Origin: a virus
Lineage: Duplodnaviria > Caudoviricetes
IMG/VR virus record: IMGVR_UViG_3300046777_000758
Span: 1 to 54,087 of that record
Length of the DNA: 54,087 nucleotides
Strand: one strand, 5' to 3'
The position numbers and the translations under genes were made by a program. Of this stretch, positions 16,370-26,293 are shown piece after piece. The notes under the pieces are model-generated. The model had not been told where the DNA came from and did not search any database. It saw nothing but the letters and a program-made list of their open reading frames with translations. How positions within the stretch are numbered: position 1 is the stretch's first letter; each line of letters opens with the position of its first letter.

Positions 16370-19300
16370 CTTTCTTCAATCCTTTCATCTCAATGTATCT
16401 ATCAATCGGTATCATCGCTCGCTCATTTTCAATCTTGTATGAGTCCAATCTTGTCAGCGTTTTCTTGTCCTCAATCTTAGCAAGTTTTGCAGCATACCAT
16501 GTGTTCTTCTTGATGATATTTTTCAACTTTCCGAACACAGCCGGGAATACCACAATCTTAAAAATTTGTTTTCCATCCCAGCAATATAGGTTTGCCATAT
16601 CCTTACCAGCCTGTGTTGTGAAGAACCTTGTATGGAAGATATACAACAGCGTTTTCTCATTGTCAGCATCTCCCAACCCCGATGGATACAGCCACCCATA
16701 ATCATGCTCAAAGCCCTTAGACCTCAACTTAATGAACTCATGCAATGGTGAATCAATATAATTAAAAGCGTCACTAAAGGCATGAAGCGTTCGGTCACCA
16801 ATAAGGGCATAGAGATAGTCTCTGACGGCCACCTCTGTATCACGCTCTGCAAACACCGTAGCCGAGCCTGAGGCATCTTCAAATTCAATTCGGAGGTATT
16901 GTGGTGTTTTCTTAGTAGAACGCACCACAGCCTTAACCAGCGTCAATGGAGAGTTGATTTCGTGGAAGTTCACTATGTCCTCTACGAATTCATCCATCTC
17001 GTTCTTATCCGATGCAATGGTGATAGGGAATCCTAAGATTGGTAGATAGTATCTTTCGTGTTCGTATTGTGATTCAAACCCGATTGATTTAAATGCACCT
17101 ACCTTTTCTAAGTTTTCCTTAACATTAACTCTTACCGCTTTCTTAGTGCATTTATTTGTAAATTCATCATATGAGTTAAATGGTCGTTTAGCAATAATCT
17201 CGTCAATGGCAGTTCTACCACAAGCTTGAACATTGCTAAGACCAAATCTAATTCCCTCAATTCCGTCTTCCTTACCAATTGTAAAGTATTCATCTGACTC
17301 ATTGATATCAGGAGGAAGGATCTTAACCCCAAGTCTTTGGGCTTCCATAAGATAAGCAGTAATCTTGTCTGTTGTATCTTCATTGCAAAGCAATGCCCAT
17401 GTGAATTCAAGAGGATAATAAATCTTTAACCACATTGTCTGATATGTGAGCATTGAGTAAGCAACGGCGTGAGATTTGTTAAACATATAGAGTGCAGCCA
17501 TTTCAAACTCACTCCAAATCTTTTCTGCTTTTTCTCTTGTGATGTAGTTGTTATTAACAAACTTTTCTTTATATTCAGCAAAGCCAGCAGAGTCTCTCTT
17601 CTTGCCAATAATCTTACGAAGTTTATCTGCCTCTGACCAAGAGAAATCGGCAAGCAACACAGCCATTTGCATTAATTGCTCTTGAAAGATGACTGTTCCG
17701 TAAGTTTCTTTTAAGATATCTTCCACTACTGGGTGAGGATAACGAGGCTTCTTTTCACCCTTTTTGCAATCAATATATGTTTTGCCCTGAGAAAGCAAAG
17801 CGCCTGGTCTTACAAGAGCGTTGCTAACAACCAAGTCATTGAAGTTATCAATGCCCATTCGTTCAATAAGATTCCTGTATGCAGCGGCATCAGCTTGGAA
17901 TACACCGACTGTGTTACCGTTGGCAATACTTTCATAAACTTTATCATCATCCAATTTAAGGGATTCATTTGTAACATCAACTCCTGTTCTTTCTTTAATT
18001 TTACTAATACAATCTTTAATTACAGAAACTGTTTTTAGACCTAAAACGTCAATTTTAATTAAGCCTACTGCTTCTGCATCTTCCATATCAAAGGCTGTTA
18101 CAACCGATCTAACACCGGCATTAACATCTTTTCTAGTTTCTACTGGGCATACATCAGTCAATGGGATACTTGAAACAACCATGCCAGCAGCATGAATTCC
18201 TGCATTTCGAATACGGCCTTCCAATTGTTTAGACAATTTAGTTACATCAGGATATTTTGATGTGAAAATCTTTCCTTTTTCCGATGACTCAAGTTCTTCA
18301 ATTGTCTCAAAGTATGGAGTGATTGCATTAATCTCTTGGAATGGTACTTGATAAACTCTAGAAACATCTTTAACAGCAGACTTTGGCTTATATGTTCCGT
18401 AAGTGGTAATAGCAGCAACATTATCGTGCCCCCATCTATCACGAAGATAGTTTCTTACTTCATGCCTGCGCTTATCTTCAAAGTCCAAGTCAATGTCTGG
18501 ATAGTCATTACGATCAGGATTAATAAAGCGAGCAAACAATAGACTGTATTTAATAGGATCTACTTTTGAAATATCCAACAAATATGCCAAGATACTTCCA
18601 CCAACAGAACCACGACCTGTTCCACGACCAATATTATTTTGGTCTGCCCATTTAACCAAGTCCCAAACAATCAAGAAGTAGTCTGAGAAACCTAATTGTT
18701 TAATAATTCCTAATTCTTCATCAAGCCTGTCTTTATATTCTTGACCAAGCCCCCTATTCTGCAATTCAAATTCAGTTATTTCACGCAGATATTCATCTGA
18801 ATTAAATAACTTAGAATACTTTGGCAAAAGATTTGTTCTCTTAACAACTCTTGCAGAACATTTTTCAGCTACTTCAATTGTATTTTCTAAGAATGATGTA
18901 TTACCGTATCCGGCATCTTGAAACCAACTAAATACAGAATCAGCATCTGCTACATATGGATTGATTTCATCAAATCGCAAAGAACGATTTGGATACATTT
19001 TATTAATTTTATCTACAACAGATGCACTTGGGTCATTAATAATATGGCTATTCTCTTTTGCCAATCTTTCTTCTGCTGCTCCCATGCTTGGATACTGAGA
19101 TACCATCAACAAAACTTCTTCACAACCTCTATCTTCATGAGTAGGGAAGTGACAGTCTGCTGTTGCAACAACCTTTTTACCAAAGTGCTCAGCAAGATTA
19201 ATTAGCCCATCATTAATATGCTTGGGGTTCCAAGCCTGAATTTCAAAATAGAAATCATCCTTGAATATCTTTACGAATCTCTCAGACAACTGTTCTGCTC

Positions 19301-19757
19301 TGGCGTAGTTTTTATTATCAATAGCTTTTGAGATTGCGCTTCCCATACAGCCTGACAAAGCAATAATGTCATCATCAACAAGGCTTTCAAGCAAATCAAA
19401 GTCCATTCTTGGCTTATAATAAAAGTTATCTGTCCAGCCTGTTCTTGACGCTTTAAATAACTTCTGCAAGCCTTCATTATTTTTAGCCAATAGAATCAAA
19501 TGGTATCGCTCATGCTTACCATCGCCATCAGAACCGACAGACGGAACAAAATATGCTTCAATGCCAAACAAAGGTCTTACATTTTGTTTATCACAAGCAT
19601 CTTGGAATTTGAGAACACCACCCATTGTCCCATGATCAGTTATTGCTGCTGCAAATTGTCCGTTACGACTAGATGTTCTAGCGATTTCTTCTGGTGTTGA
19701 CATTCCATCTAGTAACGAATATTCTGAATGGCAGTGCAAATGCACAAAGTTAGTCAT
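16362..19757 (-). CDS. dnaE: DNA polymerase III alpha subunit
   Basis: PHP domain HLHCHSEYSLLDG and AITDHG; GRGSVGGS, PDIDLDF, GIHAAG, KIDVLGL and FNKSHAVAY motifs. Confidence 0.97.
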   Translation of the reverse strand: MTNFVHLHCHSEYSLLDGMSTPEEIARTSSRNGQFAAAITDHGTMGGVLKFQDACDKQNVRPLFGIEAYFVPSVGSDGDGKHERYHLILLAKNNEGLQKLFKASRTGWTDNFYYKPRMDFDLLESLVDDDIIALSGCMGSAISKAIDNKNYARAEQLSERFVKIFKDDFYFEIQAWNPKHINDGLINLAEHFGKKVVATADCHFPTHEDRGCEEVLLMVSQYPSMGAAEERLAKENSHIINDPSASVVDKINKMYPNRSLRFDEINPYVADADSVFSWFQDAGYGNTSFLENTIEVAEKCSARVVKRTNLLPKYSKLFNSDEYLREITEFELQNRGLGQEYKDRLDEELGIIKQLGFSDYFLIVWDLVKWADQNNIGRGTGRGSVGGSILAYLLDISKVDPIKYSLLFARFINPDRNDYPDIDLDFEDKRRHEVRNYLRDRWGHDNVAAITTYGTYKPKSAVKDVSRVYQVPFQEINAITPYFETIEELESSEKGKIFTSKYPDVTKLSKQLEGRIRNAGIHAAGMVVSSIPLTDVCPVETRKDVNAGVRSVVTAFDMEDAEAVGLIKIDVLGLKTVSVIKDCISKIKERTGVDVTNESLKLDDDKVYESIANGNTVGVFQADAAAYRNLIERMGIDNFNDLVVSNALVRPGALLSQGKTYIDCKKGEKKPRYPHPVVEDILKETYGTVIFQEQLMQMAVLLADFSWSEADKLRKIIGKKRDSAGFAEYKEKFVNNNYITREKAEKIWSEFEMAALYMFNKSHAVAYSMLTYQTMWLKIYYPLEFTWALLCNEDTTDKITAYLMEAQRLGVKILPPDINESDEYFTIGKEDGIEGIRFGLSNVQACGRTAIDEIIAKRPFNSYDEFTNKCTKKAVRVNVKENLEKVGAFKSIGFESQYEHERYYLPILGFPITIASDKNEMDEFVEDIVNFHEINSPLTLVKAVVRSTKKTPQYLRIEFEDASGSATVFAERDTEVAVRDYLYALIGDRTLHAFSDAFNYIDSPLHEFIKLRSKGFEHDYGWLYPSGLGDADNEKTLLYIFHTRFFTTQAGKDMANLYCWDGKQIFKIVVFPAVFGKLKNIIKKNTWYAAKLAKIEDKKTLTRLDSYKIENERAMIPIDRYIEMKGLKKDV

Positions 19758-20277
19758 TAATTTCCAATTCTAAAAGACTGCCGATTGTAGGCAGTTTGTC
19801 CCAATATTTTTTATTGTACCATGCTTTTCTGAGATAGGCGTTGTTGCCCTCTTCAAGAAGTGTGATTACTTCATTGGGATTATCTTCAACAACGAAAGCA
19901 GGTTTTAAATCATTAATAATATTATGCTTCTCACCCATCTTGCAGAAAATAGGCTTCATTGTTCCGATTCTCCACTCATCAAGCCATTGCTCTGTTACTT
20001 CTATTGATGCAGGAGTTCTTCTTGCCGTTACAATGTAAACATCACTACCTTGTGAAAACCATTTATTAACTTGATGCCAAGCATCTTGAAAAGGCTTTAG
20101 ATTTCTCCAAAACAATTGTGTTGACATTATCTCATCTGATAACTCACACTCATGATGTGTTGTTAACCAATCTGAATAGTCATAATCAAAATGGCCTCGT
20201 TCTTCAAGTTCTATATTTAGTGCTTCGCCAATATCTGCGATTACACCGTCTAAGTCTAAAGCTATTACTTTACTCAT
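19750..20277 (-). CDS. HAD-family 5'(3')-deoxyribonucleotidase-like protein
   Basis: IALDLDGV, IVTAR, K and VEDN motifs, plus WYN; alternative start at 20322/20325. Confidence 0.82.
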   Translation of the reverse strand: MSKVIALDLDGVIADIGEALNIELEERGHFDYDYSDWLTTHHECELSDEIMSTQLFWRNLKPFQDAWHQVNKWFSQGSDVYIVTARRTPASIEVTEQWLDEWRIGTMKPIFCKMGEKHNIINDLKPAFVVEDNPNEVITLLEEGNNAYLRKAWYNKKYWDKLPTIGSLLELEIND

Positions 20278-20290
20278 AACATGAAGGTTT

Positions 20291-20314
20291 GGGGAGTAGT
20301 TTTCACTACTCCCC
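20291..20314. other. Perfect 10-bp stem-loop without U tract
   Basis: Minus strand GGGGAGTAGT-GAAA-ACTACTCCCC, between ssb and the HAD gene. Confidence 0.85.
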
Positions 20315-20335
20315 TCACTCATCATACCTTTCTAA

Positions 20336-20983
20336 TTACCACTCGTCTTTTGAAATTTCACCAGTGGTGAAAAAGCGTTCTTGCTTATCGTAAGGCAATG
20401 TTAGATAAACATTGTCAAGATCATGCATTGGCAATTCCAAGATTTCCTTAGATGTTTGCGAAACGCCTAGTGGAATAAGGCTATAGTTGGTATCTGAAGC
20501 ACCTGAACCTTGACGAGAATACTTATAGTCTCTATCGGTAATTGAACCGAATTCCTTTGCGTACTCAATCAAGATTGCTCCGATATGACGCTGATTAAAA
20601 GTTGTGTCAATAATTCGTGGTTCCCAAACGCCCGGCTCAACTTCAACAGCAACATTAATTACCAAGTGAGTCTTTGGCTTCCAAGCCTTATCCTTATAAA
20701 CCTGCTCTGAACCCCAACAACGGAATCCAAACTTTTCAATCTGTGCAGTTGAAGCAGCTCTCCACTTCCAGTTAATAGGTGAAGTAATAACTGGAACCAT
20801 AATGCCAGTTCCATACTTCTCATCATAACCACTAGCATCTTCAGTTAGCTCTTGACGGAATCTAACCTTAACTGATTCTCCAGCGCCGATTGTTAAATAT
20901 TTCTTTGTGCCAGTCTTGTTTGCGCCCGGTGCTGGTGCAACGGTCTTTTCCAACTCTGACAGTGTTTTTACTGATTTAAACAT
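20336..20983 (-). CDS. Single-stranded DNA-binding protein (gp32-like)
   Basis: Position between primase and polymerase; L....GESVKVRF, GSITDR.YK.SR.G.G..DT.Y.L pattern; acidic/aromatic end DEW; SD AAGGAAGG. Confidence 0.72.
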   Translation of the reverse strand: MFKSVKTLSELEKTVAPAPGANKTGTKKYLTIGAGESVKVRFRQELTEDASGYDEKYGTGIMVPVITSPINWKWRAASTAQIEKFGFRCWGSEQVYKDKAWKPKTHLVINVAVEVEPGVWEPRIIDTTFNQRHIGAILIEYAKEFGSITDRDYKYSRQGSGASDTNYSLIPLGVSQTSKEILELPMHDLDNVYLTLPYDKQERFFTTGEISKDEW

Positions 20984-20995
20984 TTTATACCTTCC

Positions 20996-21940
20996 TTATA
21001 TATGTATTTGTTTGTTTGTTAATGTAATTTTAATTTCATCTTCTGTCATATCCCCTGCATCCTTACGGTCTTCGGGGAGTTTGACAGTGTAGAGTTCTTT
21101 TCCTCTACAGGCATCCAGTATATCATGCTTCATTTGCTCTCCAGCCTCATCGTTGTCAGAAAAAATAGTGATGGAATCAAAATATCTTCTGAGCATCTTG
21201 TATTGATAATCTGACACTCTTGAACCAAGAGTAGCAACAACATTGGGAAATCCGGCTTGATGAATAAACATTGCATCAACACTTCCTTCCACAACTATGC
21301 ATGAGTCATACTGTTTTGCGTTTTGAATATTAAACAGTACATCGGCCCTTTTGAAGCCCTTGTTATAAAGATAGCGTGGTTCTTGTTCACTACTGGTTGC
21401 ACGACCAATAAACCCAACTAACTTATATTGTGCATCCCTAACAGGGATTACAACTCTTTCTTTTAGATTAGAAAAACCAATCTCAAAATGTTCCATTGTT
21501 TCATATGAAAGACCTCTTTCTGTGAATGTTCTAAGTTTTAGAATATCATCATCGCTCTCATAATCAATTTCAATATCTGAAATGTTTAACTGATCCTTTT
21601 CACCCTCCTCATAATTCAAGTCTCTTTCAAGAGTATTCTGCAAGGCTTGATGATCTAGCTTTATGTCTTTAGTAAATGGCTTACCAGTCACCTGCTTATA
21701 CAGTTGTCTGAAGTTACCTTTCTTACCGCATGATGGATTAAAGCACTGCCATAGGCCGGTCTTTATGTTGATATAAAATGCTGGACTATGTAGATTCTTA
21801 TGGAAAGGGCAAAAGATATTTACTTCATTCATGCCCTCGCTATGGACATGAATATTGTAGTTATCAAATAACTCTCTTATATTTTTTTCTAAATTACTTG
21901 ATGAAATGTAACTTGAATTTGAAAATGTTTGATTTCGCAT
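20996..21940 (-). CDS. dnaG: DNA primase (CHC2 zinc finger plus TOPRIM)
   Basis: CPFH...C....C, GFIGR, RYL, VVEG..D and DNDEAG motifs. Confidence 0.92.
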   Translation of the reverse strand: MRNQTFSNSSYISSSNLEKNIRELFDNYNIHVHSEGMNEVNIFCPFHKNLHSPAFYINIKTGLWQCFNPSCGKKGNFRQLYKQVTGKPFTKDIKLDHQALQNTLERDLNYEEGEKDQLNISDIEIDYESDDDILKLRTFTERGLSYETMEHFEIGFSNLKERVVIPVRDAQYKLVGFIGRATSSEQEPRYLYNKGFKRADVLFNIQNAKQYDSCIVVEGSVDAMFIHQAGFPNVVATLGSRVSDYQYKMLRRYFDSITIFSDNDEAGEQMKHDILDACRGKELYTVKLPEDRKDAGDMTEDEIKITLTNKQIHI

Positions 21941-22070
21941 CGTAATCCGTTACCAACTTTGTTTTTGTAAAATTACCATGAACAGATTTCCATTCATCCT
22001 CTATCCATGATCTTAGCCTTACAATTGTTTCAATATCTTGCGCTTCTCCTGCAATATACTTCTTTGGCAT
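21894..22070 (-). CDS. Small hypothetical protein
   Basis: Start MPKKY at 22070 in TAATG overlap with the dnaB stop. Confidence 0.65.
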   Translation of the reverse strand: MPKKYIAGEAQDIETIVRLRSWIEDEWKSVHGNFTKTKLVTDYDAKSNIFKFKLHFIK

Positions 22071-23287
22071 TACAGCTCCCATTCTTCGCTCCATTTTCCT
22101 GTTTCTAGGTTCCATCTTAAATAGAAACCAAATTGTGTTGATCTTCTTACTTTTCTTGATACTACTTGAAATACATCTGAGTTGTATTCACGATGAATTG
22201 CTAATACTAGGTCGGCATCGTAAGCCAATTGCTTACTCCATGCAACCTCTTCAAGTTCGGGTGGTCTTTCAGCATGACCATCAGTCATTGTTACTGCTGC
22301 TACGTCAATGATTGGTATTCCATTCTTAACCGCAATACGCTTGAATGCTTTAGACAAGTTCTTAGCTTTTTCTGTTTCATTCTTAGCACCACTAGCGTCA
22401 TCAAATAGTCCATGATAGTCAAGGATTACCATGTCGGGATGATATTGGTCAATCTTAGCCTGAACCATGTTTTGGTCAGCAGTCTCAAGACCCTCTGAAG
22501 TAACCAAGTAGATTGGATGTTTACCTTCAAATGTTTTCTCAGCCCATTTTTCATAACTGTCAACAATGCCTCTGTTGGCTTTAACAAGGTCTGTATTTGT
22601 AAAGTGACCCTCACCATTGTTTAACAATGTGTCCAGTCTCTGCCCCTCTTGCTGTTTATTCATTTCCAATGAAATGATGAGTGGTCTATAACCTGCTCTC
22701 CATGCATTGGCAGCGAACAAACGAGCAATGAAACTCTTTCCAACACCTGTCCAACCTAAAAGGATAACAAAGTCACCCGGTTGCCAACCACCAAAAGATT
22801 TATCAAGAACGCTAATGCCACTTGGAATTCCTGGTATATCCCTAGCCTCTTGCTTGGATCTCTCACGCAAATCTCCAGCTCTGTCTTTCCATTCTCCAAC
22901 CAAATCTGTGTCTTTAAGACTGCTGGAAAATTTATACAACTGAGATGTTGATTGCATGAGGTATGCCATTGCATCTTTTGGTCCCATATCTTTCAATAGG
23001 TTATTAGCCTTTGAAATAATCTGTCTTGTCTGATACGAAAGCGATTCTTTTTTCGCTTCATCAACATAATAAGTTAATGGTTCAGGCGTATTGATAAATT
23101 CAAAGTCTGGATAGTGATGCTTTACAGTATCTTTAGATGGTGTCTTTTTGTACTCATCATAATGCTGTACAACAAAGTTCCAAATATCACGATACTCAAC
23201 AAAGACATTTTCAATGCCCTCATTTACAGCACTAACATAATCACCAGAATTAAGTAAGGAGTTTATTACCCTTAACTCATAATTCAT
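22070..23287 (-). CDS. dnaB: DnaB-like replicative helicase
   Basis: Walker A GWTGVGKS, ISLEM, VILDY and YDADLV...HR motifs. Confidence 0.93.
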   Translation of the reverse strand: MNYELRVINSLLNSGDYVSAVNEGIENVFVEYRDIWNFVVQHYDEYKKTPSKDTVKHHYPDFEFINTPEPLTYYVDEAKKESLSYQTRQIISKANNLLKDMGPKDAMAYLMQSTSQLYKFSSSLKDTDLVGEWKDRAGDLRERSKQEARDIPGIPSGISVLDKSFGGWQPGDFVILLGWTGVGKSFIARLFAANAWRAGYRPLIISLEMNKQQEGQRLDTLLNNGEGHFTNTDLVKANRGIVDSYEKWAEKTFEGKHPIYLVTSEGLETADQNMVQAKIDQYHPDMVILDYHGLFDDASGAKNETEKAKNLSKAFKRIAVKNGIPIIDVAAVTMTDGHAERPPELEEVAWSKQLAYDADLVLAIHREYNSDVFQVVSRKVRRSTQFGFYLRWNLETGKWSEEWEL

Positions 23288-23585
23288 CGTTCATTCTCTT
23301 TCTTGTTTGTTCCAATATTTCTTTAAATCTACTATCAGACTTGCTATCAAATTGCACTCTATCTATGTGAGTTTTAGATTCAATTGCAAAATCAAATACT
23401 AAAACAGGTCCATTCTTGCCTTTGACAAAAGACTCAATAGCCTTAAACAATATTTCTGATTCATAAAATTCAGAAATTGCTTTAGCAACTGGCTCTTGTC
23501 TTGGTGAGTCTGGAATAAATAATTTATTGTGCTTTTTGCAACAATCTTGAAAGTGTTGAATCGTCTGTTCTCCAGTTACTTTCAT
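23277..23585 (-). CDS. Hypothetical protein upstream of the helicase
   Basis: Start set to MKVTGEQ at 23585; coupled to dnaB. Confidence 0.6.
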   Translation of the reverse strand: MKVTGEQTIQHFQDCCKKHNKLFIPDSPRQEPVAKAISEFYESEILFKAIESFVKGKNGPVLVFDFAIESKTHIDRVQFDSKSDSRFKEILEQTRKRMNDEL

Positions 23586-23826
23586 CTTCTTCTTTTGCTC
23601 TTTCCCAGATAGCAGATAGGTAATCATACTCTGAAATACCGGCAACCACTCCTGTAAAATAGTAATCTTTTTCTAAAATAGTCATTAAACATTCTTTTCT
23701 AACTGTACATCTTGCACAGCCTTCTTTTGCATATTCAATGTCATTAATATCGTAAGATAGCCATCTGTTTGCAAACTTATCATTTGCACAGATTGCTCTA
23801 TCTTTCCAATTATTTAGACGCTTCAT
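23524..23826 (-). CDS. whiB: WhiB-family transcriptional regulator
   Basis: W...AIC...AK..C..C.VR.ECL four-Cys pattern plus GVVAG turn (a variant of GVWGG). Confidence 0.82.
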   Translation of the reverse strand: MKRLNNWKDRAICANDKFANRWLSYDINDIEYAKEGCARCTVRKECLMTILEKDYYFTGVVAGISEYDYLSAIWERAKEEDESNWRTDDSTLSRLLQKAQ

Positions 23827-24013
23827 CGTCTAATTCTTTGAGCTTTGCTTCAATCTGCATATCGATTGAATCCCAAAGCTTTTTCCAAGCATCTTCATCA
23901 TCTAGTGATACAGCCATTGTCTTGGCACCCGCATCAAGTCTTAGTGACTCGTAGTTTCCAAGATTCTTGGTGATTCCAAGAGATGCCCAAATTTCAACTT
24001 TATCTTCTGCCAT
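23810..24013 (-). CDS. Small conserved phage protein
   Basis: LG.T.NLGNYESLR.D.G pattern seen in actinophage replication regions; SD GAGGA. Confidence 0.72.
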   Translation of the reverse strand: MAEDKVEIWASLGITKNLGNYESLRLDAGAKTMAVSLDDEDAWKKLWDSIDMQIEAKLKELDDEASK

Positions 24014-24019
24014 AATTCC

Positions 24020-24454
24020 TCAGAATTTTAATTTTACTTTCTGTTCTATTGACTTAATTTTTGAATTAATGTCTTCTTTTTTATTTTGTGCTGGTCTTCC
24101 CGGCACTCTAGTATTAAAGAATTCAATCATCTCATAAATGTCTGATTCTTCATAGTAGCGCCAGTTTTCATAGCTTTTATACTTTTCACCAAATTTGTTT
24201 GGTGAAGGTATAAGATTTTTTTTCTCATACTTTCTTAGGGTATCAGATCTTTTCTCTACAATCTTCGCAACTTCTCCAACCGTATAAAGACGGAGAAGCA
24301 GAATTTCGCATTGCTCGTATGGTATCAGAATCAATTCGCCATTATCTAGTCTTTCGGCAAAAATTTTATTGGAATTTTTACTTATTTTTTTCAATTTAAC
24401 GATGGTGTCTGAATACCTATAGAACTTATTCAGTACTGGTTTTCTTGTTAACAT
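24020..24454 (-). CDS. MerR-like HTH DNA-binding protein
   Basis: YTVGEVAK......DTLRKYEK..LIP...WRYY...DI pattern. Confidence 0.82.
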   Translation of the reverse strand: MLTRKPVLNKFYRYSDTIVKLKKISKNSNKIFAERLDNGELILIPYEQCEILLLRLYTVGEVAKIVEKRSDTLRKYEKKNLIPSPNKFGEKYKSYENWRYYEESDIYEMIEFFNTRVPGRPAQNKKEDINSKIKSIEQKVKLKF

Positions 24455-24638
24455 TTACAACAATCTTTTCCTGATTTAGCTTCTCCAGAAATTGATTTAG
24501 TCGATCAACCTCAATATCTTTTGTATCACTGCATATTACACATGTAACATCAATGTAGTAGGTTCCATATGCATAATACGGATCTCCAATAAATTTTAGA
24601 CCTCCACACTTTTTGCATTTAAGTTTTCTACTATTCAT
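24426..24638 (-). CDS. Small zinc-ribbon protein
   Basis: CKKCGG...CVIC. Confidence 0.68.
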   Translation of the reverse strand: MNSRKLKCKKCGGLKFIGDPYYAYGTYYIDVTCVICSDTKDIEVDRLNQFLEKLNQEKIVVNVNKKTSTE

Positions 24639-24639
24639 A

Positions 24640-25806
24640 TCAGTCCAGCCAGCATGTATATTCAGCAGTTACAATCCCCTTTTCTGGGTGAACAAACATC
24701 AATGGTTGTGAGGCTTTACCGATAGCAGCAAGGCTTTCCATTGCATAGGTATTTGTAGATTCAGGACTACCTGAGATACGGCATTGAACACTATTGAATG
24801 TCATCTTAGTAGGTGTATGGAAATGTCCAAAATAAACATCATCAAAGTCTTCTTCAATAGCTCCGACTTTCCATCCATAGATTTTCTTCTGGAAAGAATA
24901 CAGGGTTGAGAGACTACCAAACTGATCACCATGAATTAACAATGACTTATAGTTTCCAATTGTATCAATTGCATACCAGTTTCTTTCTCCACGACCATCT
25001 GGAATGACGAACTTAATTCTTTTTTCATTCTCAAACATAAGTTGAACAATTCGATAGAGCATTCTATCGCCATTTGTTTCTGGGTCATGATCTCTACGAG
25101 CTCTGCCACCGATAGAGCCATGATTACCAATGACTCCAACGAATGTAACAGTCTCAAAATTTTCTAACATCTTTGTCAAGAAGTTCTTAATAATTCTTGG
25201 ACCATCAACTGTAATTTGTCTATACAAACCACCGTCAACTAGGAAGCTTTGACCGGGGAAGATTAACTCTCCTTCAACAATGTCACCTAATGCCCATACA
25301 TGTAAATGCTTAACTGGATGTTCTGCTCTTTGAATTTCTGTAAGTCTAATTACAGTATCAGCATATTGCTCAATTCTTTTTTCACATATTTCAGAATTAT
25401 ATGTAGGTGTTACTTTTGCCAACTGCCAGTCTGCAATTACAGCAACAGCAACTTCTTCTGAGTGCTTTCTCTTATCCTTTACTGGAGGTGGAACTCTATC
25501 AATCTTATTATCTTTGATATCTTCCTTAACAGCACGATAAACAGCATCTGCAATTGCATCTTGCTTTGTCTTGACTTTTTCGTACTCTTGCAAAAGCTTT
25601 GCATACGAAACTTTCAATTCAGATTCAGTTGTCGGTGCTTTGCCAACAATAGGATTTACTGGCACATCTACCAATCCATTTTCTTTTCTGAACTTGCATA
25701 ATCCAAGAGAGTCAATTGACTTACGGCAACTTGGATCTGCGTATTTTTGGTTTTGGGTATTTGGTTCAAAGGTCTGATTACAGCCTTCTGCTCCACATTC
25801 TTTCAT
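24640..25806 (-). CDS. Calcineurin-like metallophosphoesterase
   Basis: IADWQ, LGD, GNHG, HGD and GHFH motifs; N-terminal Cys pairs and coiled coil. Confidence 0.85.
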   Translation of the reverse strand: MKECGAEGCNQTFEPNTQNQKYADPSCRKSIDSLGLCKFRKENGLVDVPVNPIVGKAPTTESELKVSYAKLLQEYEKVKTKQDAIADAVYRAVKEDIKDNKIDRVPPPVKDKRKHSEEVAVAVIADWQLAKVTPTYNSEICEKRIEQYADTVIRLTEIQRAEHPVKHLHVWALGDIVEGELIFPGQSFLVDGGLYRQITVDGPRIIKNFLTKMLENFETVTFVGVIGNHGSIGGRARRDHDPETNGDRMLYRIVQLMFENEKRIKFVIPDGRGERNWYAIDTIGNYKSLLIHGDQFGSLSTLYSFQKKIYGWKVGAIEEDFDDVYFGHFHTPTKMTFNSVQCRISGSPESTNTYAMESLAAIGKASQPLMFVHPEKGIVTAEYTCWLD

Positions 25807-25839
25807 TCGGACTCCTTTACAGTCCCGAATATCATACCA
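25806..25839 (-). promoter_or_regulatory. Extended -10 TGgTATGAT plus RBS-occluding hairpin
   Basis: -10 element at 25831-25839; TTCGG(G)ACT-GTAAAGG-AGTCCGAA spans the SD and the A of the ATG. Confidence 0.62.
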
Positions 25840-25847
25840 TAGGATAT

Positions 25848-26291
25848 TTAGAGATTTGGTCGCTTTAATCTATTTTCTATTGGTTTATTTTGAGCATGAT
25901 TTCTTTTTTTAGTATGAGGTTTTGTGTTTTTAACAGTCTCTCTCATCTTCTTTTTTCTTGACTCTGAGGCTTTATGCCCTTCTTTATGTACAGCGCTATG
26001 CTCGGAGTGTGTACAAAGAAATAAGTTATCTAGTCTATTGTCAATCTTTATTTCATTAATGTGGTGAACGGTTTCCCAAGGTTCTAGATAGCGACCTAAG
26101 TATTCTTCCATTACCAATCTATGCTCATACGCATAGCCGCGAATGTTTCTCGGATGATCAGTTTTAAGGACTCTTACATACCCTTTATCATCAATATATT
26201 TTCCACCTTGATAATTGGCGCTATCCTCACCGGCTGGCTGGCTGTCTGTCCACTTTACATCTTTTCTTTTAGATGCAAGTTCTCTAGGCAT
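25848..26291 (-). CDS. HNH endonuclease
   Basis: YEHRLVME..LGR.L...E.VHH.N..K.DN...NL.....EH...H motif. Confidence 0.9.
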   Translation of the reverse strand: MPRELASKRKDVKWTDSQPAGEDSANYQGGKYIDDKGYVRVLKTDHPRNIRGYAYEHRLVMEEYLGRYLEPWETVHHINEIKIDNRLDNLFLCTHSEHSAVHKEGHKASESRKKKMRETVKNTKPHTKKRNHAQNKPIENRLKRPNL

Positions 26292-26293
26292 AA

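Noticed and set aside
16362-23287. Inteins or introns in dnaE or dnaB (also checked recA and terL)
   Set aside because: Lengths are ordinary, motifs are contiguous, and no intein splice motifs or frame breaks were seen.
25848-26291. HNH gene as an intron-encoded mobile element
   Set aside because: Free-standing between intact genes with no interrupted host gene.
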